A DNA stretch of 64,000 bases from Nitrospirota bacterium (GTDB lineage: Bacteria; Nitrospirota; UBA9217): assembly GCA_963840455.1 (NCBI GenBank), contig CAWIYV010000010.1:32001-96000 (forward strand), read 5' to 3'. The position numbers and the translations under genes were made by a program. The notes beneath the pieces are model-generated. The model saw nothing but the letters and a program-made list of their open reading frames with translations, was not told the DNA's origin and ran no database searches. Positions 49,119-58,862 of the stretch are shown here, one piece after another (position 1 is the stretch's first letter; each line of letters starts with the position of its first letter).

Positions 49119-50450
49119 TCATCCCTTCAACCCCCGCAGCATCACCGGCCCTTCTCCGGGCCTGAACGCCGCCCGCGCGTCCCCGACGGTATAGAGGGAG
49201 CCCGTGATGATGATGAGGTCGTCCCTGGCTGTCTCCCGGCGCGCCAGATCAATGGCCTCGGCCACGGACCCCGTGGAGGCCACGTCGCCGTGGAACGTGC
49301 TGATCTCCGCTGCCAGGGATGCGGTGTCGAGCGCCCGGGAATAGTTTGGCCGGGTCACCACTACCCGGTCGGCCAGGGGAACCAGCCTGTCGAGGATCCC
49401 CCGGAAGTCCTTGTCCTTCAGGATGCCCACGACCAGGACCATCCGGCGGTACGACCGCTTCAGATCCCGCAAGGCGTCTGCGAGGACCTGAGCCGATGCC
49501 GGATTATGGGCGCCGTCCAGATAGATGTCCGGACTCTGCGCCACCTGTTCAAGCCGTCCTTCCCACACTGCATCCTCGAGACCGGCCCGGAGGGCGGCTT
49601 CGGGGATCTTCATGCCTGCCTTGCCGATGCACTCGGCCGCGGCAAGCGCGATGCAGGCGTTCCCTACCTGGTGCCTGCCGAGCATGACGATCCGGAGGCG
49701 CGGCAGGCGAGCGAAGATGCCCCGGTAATCGAATTCCTGCTCCCGATCCGTAGCCACCTGTTCGGCGCCAAAATCCTGCGGCATCCGGAAGACCGGTGAT
49801 CCTGCCAGCCTAGCCTGCTGTTCGATCACCGCGAGGACCTCCGGCTGGACCGCGCCGGTCACTACCGGCACGCCTGGCTTGATGATCCCCGCCTTTTCTG
49901 AGGCGATCAGCCCGACGGTCGTTCCAAGGAACTCCGTGTGCTCCAGGTCGATGTTGGTGATCACCGAGACCAGCGGGGCGATCACGTTCGTGGAGTCCAG
50001 CCGTCCGCCCATCCCGGCCTCAACCACCGCGATGTCGACCCGCTCCTCCGCGAAGCAGGTGAAGGCCATTGCCGTCGTGACCTCGAAGAACGTCGGCGTC
50101 AGGGGCCCGCCGTCTGCGGACCGTACATTCTCGTACCTCGCCAGCACACGCTCAGCCAGCCCGACCACCCGCTCCTCGGTGACCGGAACGCCGTTGATCC
50201 TGATCCGCTCGGTAAAGCTCACCAGGTGCGGCGACGTATAGAGCCCCACACGGTATCCCGCCGCTCTGAGCATGCTGGCTAGAAAAGCGGCCGTCGATCC
50301 TTTGCCATTGGTTCCGGCGATGTGGACCGACTGGAACCGCCGCTGCGGGTCGCCCATAAGCCCCATCAGCTGGATGCTGTTGGACAGGCCGAACTTGATG
50401 CCGTGCTTCTGGAGGCCGAAAAGATAGTCGATGGTTTCCTGGTACGACAT
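49119..50450 (-). CDS. folC: Folylpolyglutamate/dihydrofolate synthase
   Basis: HIAGTNGKGST, YTSPHL, EAGMGGRLDSTN, DGAHNP, TGSLY. Confidence 0.98.
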   Translation of the reverse strand: MSYQETIDYLFGLQKHGIKFGLSNSIQLMGLMGDPQRRFQSVHIAGTNGKGSTAAFLASMLRAAGYRVGLYTSPHLVSFTERIRINGVPVTEERVVGLAERVLARYENVRSADGGPLTPTFFEVTTAMAFTCFAEERVDIAVVEAGMGGRLDSTNVIAPLVSVITNIDLEHTEFLGTTVGLIASEKAGIIKPGVPVVTGAVQPEVLAVIEQQARLAGSPVFRMPQDFGAEQVATDREQEFDYRGIFARLPRLRIVMLGRHQVGNACIALAAAECIGKAGMKIPEAALRAGLEDAVWEGRLEQVAQSPDIYLDGAHNPASAQVLADALRDLKRSYRRMVLVVGILKDKDFRGILDRLVPLADRVVVTRPNYSRALDTASLAAEISTFHGDVASTGSVAEAIDLARRETARDDLIIITGSLYTVGDARAAFRPGEGPVMLRGLKG

Positions 50451-50459
50451 GGCGAACCG

Positions 50460-51359
50460 CTATTGCGGCGCCTGCGGGGACGGCGGTGCAGGCTTGTCCT
50501 CGGGTTTGGTCACCGGTATCTCCGCTGCCGTGCTTTCAACGGCCTTTTCCGTGGGCTTGTCCACCGGCAGAGCCGCAGGTTGTTCCACGGGCAGCCGAGG
50601 GGGGGCGGAAACGGACTGGAGCTTCAGGACAAAGGGAAGCTGTTCGTCTTTCGCTGCCGATGCCAGACGGGACCGTTTGTAGCTGATCTTCCCGGCGTCC
50701 CGGATCCGGTCAAAGAAGGTGTACAGTTCATCGGGGGTGAGCCTGCCGGATACCTCATGGACCTGGTCGCTGAACCGCAACGAGGTGAGCAGGGGGTGCT
50801 CCTTCATGGCCTCGTTGATCCGCCTGACGCTCGCCTTCTCGCTCGCCTTCTCCACCGTGATGGTGATCAACAGTGGGTCGGCCTTCGGCGCCGTGACAAC
50901 CGGCGGCGACTGCTTCTTCGGCTCAGGCGCCGCGGGAGGGGCCGGCGGGGGCGTGGTGACCGATAGTGGCGCGGTCTCGAGCTTCGCGGCAGACGGCGGA
51001 AGCGGACCGGCATCGAGCTTCTCCAGGTCGGGATCGTGCACGAGCGGTGTGATGACGTAGAGATAGACAGCTACGGAAATAGCGACGACCGCCAGCAGCC
51101 TCAGCGGCCGGAAGAATATCCTGGTAATCCCTGAAAGGCCGGACACCCGTTCCTTCAGGCGCCCCGCCATCCCTTCGGGTGGTGATAGATAGTTCAGGAA
51201 CCGCTGCGTCTCGTCGATCTGCCGGAGCGAATCGATCTTGGAGCGGCAGACCGCGCAGGCGGCAAGGTGGCGCTCCACCCGCTTCTGTTGCGGCAGAAAA
51301 AGATGCCCCTTGAGGTATCGGGGAAGCAGGCTCCGCGTACGTTCACATTCCTTCTTCAT
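50460..51359 (-). CDS. zf-HC2 (anti-sigma-like) membrane protein
   Basis: C...LLPRYL...HLAACAVC zinc motif, one TM, Pro-rich extracytoplasmic part. Confidence 0.85.
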   Translation of the reverse strand: MKKECERTRSLLPRYLKGHLFLPQQKRVERHLAACAVCRSKIDSLRQIDETQRFLNYLSPPEGMAGRLKERVSGLSGITRIFFRPLRLLAVVAISVAVYLYVITPLVHDPDLEKLDAGPLPPSAAKLETAPLSVTTPPPAPPAAPEPKKQSPPVVTAPKADPLLITITVEKASEKASVRRINEAMKEHPLLTSLRFSDQVHEVSGRLTPDELYTFFDRIRDAGKISYKRSRLASAAKDEQLPFVLKLQSVSAPPRLPVEQPAALPVDKPTEKAVESTAAEIPVTKPEDKPAPPSPQAPQ

Positions 51360-51410
51360 TGATCATGTCCTCGTTATTTCTGTTCCGCGACCCGTATATC
51401 GCGCTCGACA

Positions 51411-52214
51411 TTACGCTCCTCCGACCTTCACCTGTTCGGCCGCCAGGTGGGCGTCCCCGAGAAAGAGCTTGCCGAGCTTCTCGAACCGCGCCGGCGTGTC
51501 GGTGACGAAATACCTCCGCTCTGCCGCACCCTGCCCCGGACGATGCCACTTGAGCTTGTCGAGCACCGCGGCAACTTCCTTGGCGGTCTCGGTGGCCGAA
51601 TCGATGAGCGTGATGCCAGGGCCCACGGCCCTTCCGATCACCTTCTTGAGGAGCGGGTAGTGCGTGCACCCCAGGACCAGCGTGTCGATGCCGCTTGTCC
51701 GGAAGAACGCGAGGTATTGCTCCGCCACGAGCTCCGCCACGTCGTTGTCCACCCAGCCTTCTTCCGCCAGCGGAACGAAGAGCGGGCAGGCCTTGCTGAT
51801 GACCTGGATGTCCGGATCCAGCCTGGTGATGGACCGTTCGTAGGCAGCGCTGCCGATGGTCGCCTCGGTGCCGATGACGCCGATCTTCTTCGTCCTCGTC
51901 GCGGCAACGGCAGCACGTGCCCCGGGATCGAGCACACCGATGATCGGAAGGGGAAACTCTTTCTTCACCGCGTCGAGGCTGACGGCCGATGCTGTATTGC
52001 ACGCCACGACCAGCATCTTGATCTCCTGGGACAGGAGGAACTGCGTGTTCTCGAAGCTGTAGCGGGTAACCGTCTCGGCGGACCGGATGCCGTAAGGAAC
52101 TCGCGCCGTGTCGCCCAAGTAGATGGTGTTCTCCCGGGGAAGCGCGGCCATAAGCTCTTTCAGGACCGTAAGACCGCCGATGCCGGAATCGAATATGCCA
52201 ATGGCTTTCTGCAT
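51411..52214 (-). CDS. murI: Glutamate racemase
   Basis: FDSGIGGLTV, VVACNTAS, LGCTHYP. Confidence 0.98.
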   Translation of the reverse strand: MQKAIGIFDSGIGGLTVLKELMAALPRENTIYLGDTARVPYGIRSAETVTRYSFENTQFLLSQEIKMLVVACNTASAVSLDAVKKEFPLPIIGVLDPGARAAVAATRTKKIGVIGTEATIGSAAYERSITRLDPDIQVISKACPLFVPLAEEGWVDNDVAELVAEQYLAFFRTSGIDTLVLGCTHYPLLKKVIGRAVGPGITLIDSATETAKEVAAVLDKLKWHRPGQGAAERRYFVTDTPARFEKLGKLFLGDAHLAAEQVKVGGA

Positions 52215-52636
52215 AGTCAGGGAAGAACCAAGACAGTTGCCGCAGAGGTCGCGCAGAACATCTGACTTATTGAGGAATGCACATTTTTGCCCATATCATT
52301 TGCCATCGAGAACATACTCTGCTCTTGCGAAGGCGCAGGCACCAGCAGAGAGAAAGACCGGATTAACTGAGCATTTGATCGTTTCTCCGTGTACTCGGAG
52401 ACCTCCATGGCAACGTATTTAATGCGCCTCATAATTATGAATTTTCTCGTATTTGTCTGTATCAATCACCGACCGATATTCCTGAACGCTTTTATCGGGG
52501 ATCCAGGATGTTGGCCGGATTCCCGCTCAGTACCGTTGCAAGAATGACGACAGGGGATTTCTGATGCTGTCAAATCTCGCATGAAACCTATGCTACGTTC
52601 TGAATGAACGATCTCAAACAGCTGCTGCCCGTCTCA

Positions 52637-52718
52637 TTGAAGCTTACTGTAGCAAGCTGCAGGAAATCTTCGATCCTCAGGGTAGAATGTTTTTTCTAAT
52701 CGCTCGCTCCTGGATTCA
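52637..52718. repeat. Dispersed hairpin repeat, copy 3
   Basis: TTGAAGCTTACTGTAGCAAGCTGCAGGAAATCTTCGATCCTCAGGGTAGA...CTAATCGCTCGCTCCTGGATTCA. Confidence 0.8.
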
Positions 52719-52812
52719 CGATGATACCGGAACACCGCTCATCCATCGTGCAATGTCGGGATGATGTCTATTGCCTTCCTCTGCGTCCTCTGCGGTGAGT
52801 ACGCCGTTCGCC

Positions 52813-53412
52813 TTACTGGGTCCTCACCAGGTCCATTCGTTTCACGAGCGAGCGGGACAGGTCGATGTGCCCCGCCAGGGTCTGGGCCTCCCTGCCGTCG
52901 ACAAGGACCCTGACTTGGCGAACCTCGGGGAAGTTCTGGGTCACGGTGTTCACCAGGGCATAGACAGCGAGAAGCTCCTCCTGCGCAGAGGCCCGGATCT
53001 CCTTCTGGCCCGCGGTGACAAGCGACAGGTCCAGATAGACGGTACCTGCTGCGTCGAGATACAGGGCCCGGAGCTTCAGCTCCTTCAGGACCGCTGCCTT
53101 CCCTCCTTGATCTCCGGCAAGGACAGCGGCAACCGCCTCCCGCGCCTGGAGCTGGACATCCGGCTCCCGTTTGACCGCGACAACGGCTGCGCCGAGCTTC
53201 CCCTCTGCGGGAAGGTACAACGTCGCCATGAACGGCTCGTTCGGCTTCGCTGCCGGTGCGGTCTCCTGCTGCTGTACCTGCACGGGCTGCGGCGCCCCTG
53301 CTGTTCGGAACCAGAGGTAGGCCCCGCCGCCGGCGGCGACCAGGGCAGTGGCTATAACGGCCATGGCCAGCCTTCCGCTGCCCGGCAGGCGTCTATCGTT
53401 TCTCTCTGACAT
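52813..53412 (-). CDS. GerMN domain protein
   Basis: TM, then YLDLS, ELLAVYALVNT, VRVLVDG...TLAGHIDLS; amidase-GerMN-murI context. Confidence 0.9.
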   Translation of the reverse strand: MSERNDRRLPGSGRLAMAVIATALVAAGGGAYLWFRTAGAPQPVQVQQQETAPAAKPNEPFMATLYLPAEGKLGAAVVAVKREPDVQLQAREAVAAVLAGDQGGKAAVLKELKLRALYLDAAGTVYLDLSLVTAGQKEIRASAQEELLAVYALVNTVTQNFPEVRQVRVLVDGREAQTLAGHIDLSRSLVKRMDLVRTQ

Positions 53413-54415
53413 AGTGTCCGATCTCCCGGGCGATAGCCTCGGCCGCCTTCCCGCGGTTCATGGCCATGCCGGTCTCTATGAGCACGGCAGCCGCATCAAC
53501 GGCCTTGAGCTGGGCAAGCGGCGCCTGCTCCGGCTCAGCAGCCTCGCTCGCCGTCAGCACCCGGACCATGCTCCTGCCGAACCTGCCGCTTTCCTGGGCG
53601 TGCCTGGCCTGCTGGGTCCCCCAGAGCACCTGCTGCTGCTCGCTCATAGCGTCATACCCCAGGAAATCGGAGGGACCGCCGGAGGAGGATGATGTCTGGC
53701 CCTCGTCGGGATCAAGAATGAAAACGCGGGCGTCATGCCCGAGCGCAACGTGCAGGCTCACGAACAGAACGGCGCCGGCGGCGTTGGCGAACCCAGACCG
53801 CTCGTCCGGGGTCATTTGCTGGTCCTGCTCCCGCGTGAGGAGCACCGTCATCTTTATGCCGCTCGCTTTCAGAATTTTCCTGACGGCGTTTGCCAGATCG
53901 AGCGTGAGCGCTTTTTCCACGCCCTGGACCGCGACGATGCCGGTATCCGCGCCTCCGTGCCCCGCATCGATCACGACAACGGGGGCCTTTGCCGCAAGGG
54001 CCTCCGGCACCTCTGCGGGCGCCGCGCCCCGACGCACGTCGACGACGATCCGGTCGGGCCCGCGAAGAACGAAATCCTTGGCGTCGCCGGCCGCCGGGCC
54101 AAGTGTGATGATGATCGATCGGTGGTCGCGTTCCTGGCGAAGCTCCATGCCCTTCACTACGCCGTCGTTGATCAACGGGAGCTGCGGCGACCTGAGGACG
54201 AACGGCCCGCCGTAGGAGCTGAAATAGAGCGTCTTCCCGTCGCCCGATCTCGTCAGGACATAGGGTGCCGCCTCTTCGGCCTCGAACACGATGCGCGTGA
54301 AGCCGGGGTAGGTAAAATACCGGACACCCCTGACCGTAAGCCCCTTGTCCGCAAGAGCAGCGGCCGCGGGGACAGCGATCAGGAACGCGCAGAGAATTCC
54401 AGCAATGGTCCGCAT
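53393..54415 (-). CDS. N-acetylmuramoyl-L-alanine amidase (AMIN + Amidase_3)
   Basis: TRIVFE...PDRIVVDV (AMIN), IDAGHGGADTG, EK, SLH, VLIETG. Confidence 0.88.
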   Translation of the reverse strand: MRTIAGILCAFLIAVPAAAALADKGLTVRGVRYFTYPGFTRIVFEAEEAAPYVLTRSGDGKTLYFSSYGGPFVLRSPQLPLINDGVVKGMELRQERDHRSIIITLGPAAGDAKDFVLRGPDRIVVDVRRGAAPAEVPEALAAKAPVVVIDAGHGGADTGIVAVQGVEKALTLDLANAVRKILKASGIKMTVLLTREQDQQMTPDERSGFANAAGAVLFVSLHVALGHDARVFILDPDEGQTSSSSGGPSDFLGYDAMSEQQQVLWGTQQARHAQESGRFGRSMVRVLTASEAAEPEQAPLAQLKAVDAAAVLIETGMAMNRGKAAEAIAREIGHYVREKR

Positions 54416-54585
54416 ACAGGCAGGCATAGTAACATAGCCGAAATAATTGTGCAAGGAAAAGCCCTGTAATAACGCCGGAGTAGCGCTGTCCCGCCGACAG
54501 AGAAAAAGCGCAGCGGTCGGTTGCCGGCTGTCAGGGCCCGTAGCCCCAAGACATGGCTGGAAGGCTTAAAAGGAATTGCATAGAC

Positions 54586-54745
54586 GTCAAGTTCGACATC
54601 GTCCCGAAGATGGCTGTAAATAGGCCTTCCGCGCGGCGAAGGCAAGGTCACCTGCGGCACCTGCCACGACCCGCATACGAACACCAACGGCAGCTAGCTC
54701 CGGATGAAGACCATGGACCTGGGCCAGGCATGCTCATCCCGTTAA
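54586..54745 (+). pseudogene. Relic of a multiheme cytochrome c
   Basis: Frame from 54635 reads GEGKVTCGTCHDPHTNTNGS*LRMK (CxxCHDPH...LR), with a TAG at 54695 and no start codon. Confidence 0.65.
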
Positions 54746-54753
54746 AGCAGGCC

Positions 54754-54972
54754 TCAATCCTCTTCCACGCGGTAGCCGAGCTTTTCGATGCTGTCCCGCG
54801 TGAGCTTCTGCACCTGCTCTTCCGGTATTTTCCGCTCATCAAAATCGACGGCAACCGCTCCGTTCTCCACGTCCACGGCAATGACGCCGTCCATGCCGCC
54901 GATGAACCGCCGGAGCGCAAGCGAACATTCCCCGCAGAACTGTTTCTGCACCTTGAAATAGGCCTTCGTCAT
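54754..54972 (-). CDS. Small heavy-metal-associated (HMA/CopZ-like) protein
   Basis: 72 aa; FCGECS, GVIAVDV, SIEKLGY; GGAGG RBS. Confidence 0.8.
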   Translation of the reverse strand: MTKAYFKVQKQFCGECSLALRRFIGGMDGVIAVDVENGAVAVDFDERKIPEEQVQKLTRDSIEKLGYRVEED

Positions 54973-55138
54973 TGTCACCCTCCCGCACGCTGTCCCCGGG
55001 AGTATGATAATCCCGCACAACCGCACCGTCAAGCGGTAGGTCTGCCTCGATCATGGATCATTTGACTATTCCGGCATTTTCTGCTACTTTTTAGTTAAGA
55101 GACAAGAGAGAAAAAAGAGAGGATGGAGGAACGACACC

Positions 55139-55672
55139 ATGAAGATCACACCCCAGATCACGCTTAAGAACGTGCCGCATTCCGAAGCAGTAGAAGCAAA
55201 GATCCGCGAAAAGATAGGGAAATTGGACCAGTTCTCCGACAGGATCATGGGCTGCAGGGTCACGGTCGAGGAGTCCCAGCGCAGGCAGCACCAGGGCAAA
55301 CTCTACTCGGTCCGCGTCGACATCACTGTTCCGGGCAAGGAGCTGGTCGTGAACCGCATGGAGAACGAGGACCTCTATGTCGCTGTCCGGGACGCGTTCG
55401 ACGCGGCGAAGCGCCAGCTCGAGGAGCACTCCCGCAAGCGGCGCGGCGACGTCAAGGCCCACGCCGAGTCGCCCCGCGGCAAGGTTGCCAAGATATTCCC
55501 CTTCGACGGGTACGGATTCATCGTCACGAACGACGGGCGGGAGATCTACTTCCACCGCAACAGCGTCATCGAGCCGACCTTCGACCGTCTTGAAGAAGGC
55601 GCCGAGGTGGCGTTCCTGGAGGAACAGGGAAAGGAAGGGCCGCAAGCTGTCCGCGTCGCGGCAAGCAGGTAG
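55139..55672 (+). CDS. HPF/RaiA ribosome-associated protein with C-terminal cold-shock domain
   Basis: QITLKNVPHSEAVE, EDLYVAVRDAFDAAKRQL, GYGFI...EIYFHRNSV...KEGPQA. Confidence 0.93.
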   Translation: MKITPQITLKNVPHSEAVEAKIREKIGKLDQFSDRIMGCRVTVEESQRRQHQGKLYSVRVDITVPGKELVVNRMENEDLYVAVRDAFDAAKRQLEEHSRKRRGDVKAHAESPRGKVAKIFPFDGYGFIVTNDGREIYFHRNSVIEPTFDRLEEGAEVAFLEEQGKEGPQAVRVAASR

Positions 55673-55689
55673 GAACTACGCGGGGTACT

Positions 55690-56040
55690 CTCCGACATGG
55701 GGAAGATGAAGCCTGTGATGAGTTGATTCATATCCCGGCTGCTATCGTTGAAGGGCCGGGATATTTTTTTCTCCGGGAATACGTCATCGAGGACGGGAAC
55801 AGGCGTACCCTTGTACCTGTGCGGCCTGATCTCCCCGCCATCCACCTTATGAGGCAGAAAACCGTCCTCACGTCCCACCGCACTGCATATTCGTTCTGCT
55901 CCTTGTCATAGCAGAGTTCGAACCCGAGACACCATCGCAATCATCGAACCAGTCCGTCAGATCTATGCCCTTAGAGGAAAAGGGACCTCCACCGTGCATC
56001 ACCGGCGACCTGTCAAACATCGCGGCTTTCCTTCAATCTT
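55690..56040 (-). pseudogene. Decayed conserved hypothetical protein
   Basis: Stitched frames read LKESRDV*QVAGDARWR/FSSKGIDLTDWFDD/GFELCYDKEQNEYAVRW/GFLPHKVDGGEIRPHRYKGTP. This resembles a small hypothetical family with a GFQLCYDK motif, recalled rather than searched. Confidence 0.55.
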
Positions 56041-56118
56041 GCATTCCTTCGAATGGAGAGCGTCGAAGTGATCGGCACGTGATCCATAAAAGCCGAGATG
56101 TGTGTCAAAAAAGCTTTT

Positions 56119-56934
56119 TCATGCCTTCGTGCCGATGGTGAACAGCACGCCAACGTCCAGCCATATCCCCTCCGTCGTCGCGAGCGCGGCAATCTCCTCA
56201 AGATGTTCCCTCCGGAACCGTTCCTGCTCAAATGGCGTGAGCTGGCCCACGAGCCTGCGGAACCCGGCGTTCCAGATGACTTCCCACCAGGCATGCGCAT
56301 CTTCGAGAAAATATCCGACGTTCCTAGCCACCACCTGGACATCCCGGAACCCCGCCTGTTCGAACAGGTCCCGGCATCCCGCCTCTGTCGCGATGCGCTT
56401 CCAGGTATGGGTCGGTTCTTGCACGCCACAGCCAGCGAGCCGGTCGAACATCAGGTCCACAAGCGGACGGAATAGATCTTCCTTAAATCCGGAGATCGCA
56501 ACCTGACCGCCAGACTTGACCGTTCCCGCGATATGCGCCAGTTGGCCGGCCATGTCTTCGACAAAAAATATCCCGAATGCGCAAACCGCAACATCAAACT
56601 GGCTCGCCGGAAAGCCCAATTCCTGCATGTCCCGCTCGATGAACTCTATGTTCCGGACATTCATTGAAGCGGCCTTCCTGCGTGCCTGTTCCAGCATGCC
56701 CGGAGAAAAATCCACTGCCGTCACACGGCCTTTGGGCAGGCGGCCGGCCAAAGCCAGCGCTGCATGGCCCGTGCCGGTTGCAACATCGAGGACCTGCTCG
56801 TCACCATGAAGGCTAAGGATGGCGGCAAGGTGTTCAGCGCTCTCGGGAAAGAACCTTAGCGCATTACCGTCGTAGCCGGTCGAGACGGTGTTGAAGGTTT
56901 CCTTGAGGAATGCTTTGCGCTGTTGTTCGTCCAC
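56119..56934 (-). CDS. Class I SAM-dependent methyltransferase (UbiE-like)
   Basis: VLDVATGTG, AVDFSPGML, FDVAVCAFGIFF. Confidence 0.93.
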   Translation of the reverse strand: MDEQQRKAFLKETFNTVSTGYDGNALRFFPESAEHLAAILSLHGDEQVLDVATGTGHAALALAGRLPKGRVTAVDFSPGMLEQARRKAASMNVRNIEFIERDMQELGFPASQFDVAVCAFGIFFVEDMAGQLAHIAGTVKSGGQVAISGFKEDLFRPLVDLMFDRLAGCGVQEPTHTWKRIATEAGCRDLFEQAGFRDVQVVARNVGYFLEDAHAWWEVIWNAGFRRLVGQLTPFEQERFRREHLEEIAALATTEGIWLDVGVLFTIGTKA

Positions 56935-57065
56935 GGGAGGGAGTTTCCGGACCGCCTGTCCTCGTTCCTTATCAGAACCGGCAGGACCCGAGGGAAGGCA
57001 TGGTCAAACCGGAACGGCCAACGCCGGCAACGGGAGCAGCGCCGGTGCGCTCTCGGGAAAGATTG

Positions 57066-58526
57066 TCAGGTGGTTTCGCGGAGGGGGATCTTCAGCTTCT
57101 GACCGGTACGGATCACGCGGCCGCTTTTCAGGTTGTTCGCGTCCATGATCCGATTGATGCTGGTATGATATCTGATCGCGATAGTGGACAAGGTCTCTCC
57201 CCGCCGCACGCGATGAACGACAAACGAGGACTTCGGCGGGGACCATTTCGGCAGCGTCGCTGCGGCTGCCACGACCGCTTCCCGCGACCCCGGCGGGACC
57301 TTCAGGTCATAGGCGGTTCCGGGCGTGGCAGCATGACGCAGCTCCGGGTTCAGCACTGCCAGGTCTTCGTACGCGCAGCCGGCCTTCTCGGCAAGCTTTT
57401 CCAGATGGACCGGCCGATCGATCACCGCGATCTCGTAGGGAAACGGATTGTCCGTTCCTTCAAGCGTGAATCCGTATTTTGCCGGGTCCTTCACGATGGC
57501 CAGGACCGCGAGGAACCGGGGATAGTATCTGGCCGTCTCCCGCGGAAGCCGTTCATAGAGGTCCCAGAAATTATCCAGGTAGTTGATCTTCTGCTGCCGG
57601 ATGACCCGCAGAACATTGCCTTCCCCGCAGTTGTACGCGGCAAGGACCGTCGCCCAATCGCCGAAGATCTGGTGCAGTTCGTTCAGATAGGCAATGGCTG
57701 CCCTGGTGGACTTTTCCGGATCCAGCCGCTCATCGACCCATTCGTTCCGCTTCAGGCCGAACTTGTAGCCTGTTGACGGGATGAACTGCCAGAGGCCGAG
57801 CGCCCGGGCCCGGGAGAGGGCTTTCGTCTTGAATCCGCTCTCGATGAGCGGAAGCCAGGCAAGGTCCTCGGGCATTCCGGCGTCCCGGATCATCTGCGCG
57901 AACTGTTCCCGGTACCTGCCGGACCTCTCGTAGGATTCCAGGAAAAAATCACGCTCCACGGTCTGAAAGAGCCTGATCTCCCGCTCCACATGATCATTGA
58001 TCGTGATCGGGATCTCTTTGCCGTTGCCGTTCACCGACGTGAACCGGGAAGCGTAGATCTCCGTCAGCCGCTTGGAGATCACGAACCGGAGGTCCTCCTT
58101 CTGCTGGACGGCCTTGGCGTCGGCATCTGAGGGCACCTTCAGGATGACGGCATAGGCCTGGTCGAGCGCTTCGATCGCCCGGTCCCGGTCCCCCGCCGCC
58201 CAGTGCTCCTGGGACGCGTCGATCAGCTCCAGTGCGGCATCGAGAACGCTCTCATCAGTCGGATCAACGTCCGTGTCGTCCTCCGCCGCGGCCTCGGGGT
58301 CCCCGGCTACAGCGTCACCCTCGGTCCGCAGCGGGGAGATTGGCGGCTCAGCCACCACCGGTGATGCTTCGGGGGCATAGGACACCGGCGACTCAGCAAC
58401 CATCGGTGACGCTTCGGGGGCATAGGACACCGGTGCCTGACCGGCCGGCAATGACGAGCAGCCCATCCCGGATGTAGAGACGAAAAGAAAGAGAGAAACG
58501 ATATATGGCGAGGATTTCGTAAGCAT
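57066..58526 (-). CDS. mltD: Membrane-bound lytic murein transglycosylase D-like (SLT + LysM)
   Basis: Lipoprotein signal, LIESGF, GLWQFI, AAYNCGEG, LPRET..Y, C-terminal LysM. Confidence 0.92.
   Translation of the reverse strand: MLTKSSPYIVSLFLFVSTSGMGCSSLPAGQAPVSYAPEASPMVAESPVSYAPEASPVVAEPPISPLRTEGDAVAGDPEAAAEDDTDVDPTDESVLDAALELIDASQEHWAAGDRDRAIEALDQAYAVILKVPSDADAKAVQQKEDLRFVISKRLTEIYASRFTSVNGNGKEIPITINDHVEREIRLFQTVERDFFLESYERSGRYREQFAQMIRDAGMPEDLAWLPLIESGFKTKALSRARALGLWQFIPSTGYKFGLKRNEWVDERLDPEKSTRAAIAYLNELHQIFGDWATVLAAYNCGEGNVLRVIRQQKINYLDNFWDLYERLPRETARYYPRFLAVLAIVKDPAKYGFTLEGTDNPFPYEIAVIDRPVHLEKLAEKAGCAYEDLAVLNPELRHAATPGTAYDLKVPPGSREAVVAAAATLPKWSPPKSSFVVHRVRRGETLSTIAIRYHTSINRIMDANNLKSGRVIRTGQKLKIPLRETT
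58342..58431. repeat. 45-bp tandem duplication in the mltD linker
   Basis: Two units (58342-58386, 58387-58431) encoding VSYAPEASP(M/V)VAE(S/P)P. Confidence 0.9.
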
Positions 58527-58862
58527 TGCTTTTGTCCGATACTACGATATCATCCGGCAAAATGCAAAGGTTTTATGAACAGGAGCGTTTTTTCTTCGGC
58601 GGCCGCAGAGGGCGAATGGCGGGGGGAATATCCATGACAGGCGTACATGGGTGCGCTGCGAAAAAAAGAACGGATGGGCAAGAGCTGTCAGGCTGTGGTA
58701 CACCGGTTCCAGGAGCGAGCGCACTCCCGCAGCTTGCTTCAGGGAGCTTCAACGGGGGCCTCGTTGGGGTCAGACGTCACCGGTGATGGACTTCTGAACA
58801 CTGCCACAAGATAGTGGATCCAGATATTCTCACAAAGTCTTCGCGGCCCTGTACAATCTCCT

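Noticed and set aside
52217-52465. 82-aa minus-strand ORF upstream of murI
   Set aside because: No motif, atypical composition, weak start; it lies in a repeat mosaic.
54695-54697. In-frame TAG after CxxCH (also 33431) as possible pyrrolysine or recoding
   Set aside because: The surrounding frames lack starts and are fragmentary, and TAG is used as a normal stop elsewhere (secA, lptD); simple decay explains it.
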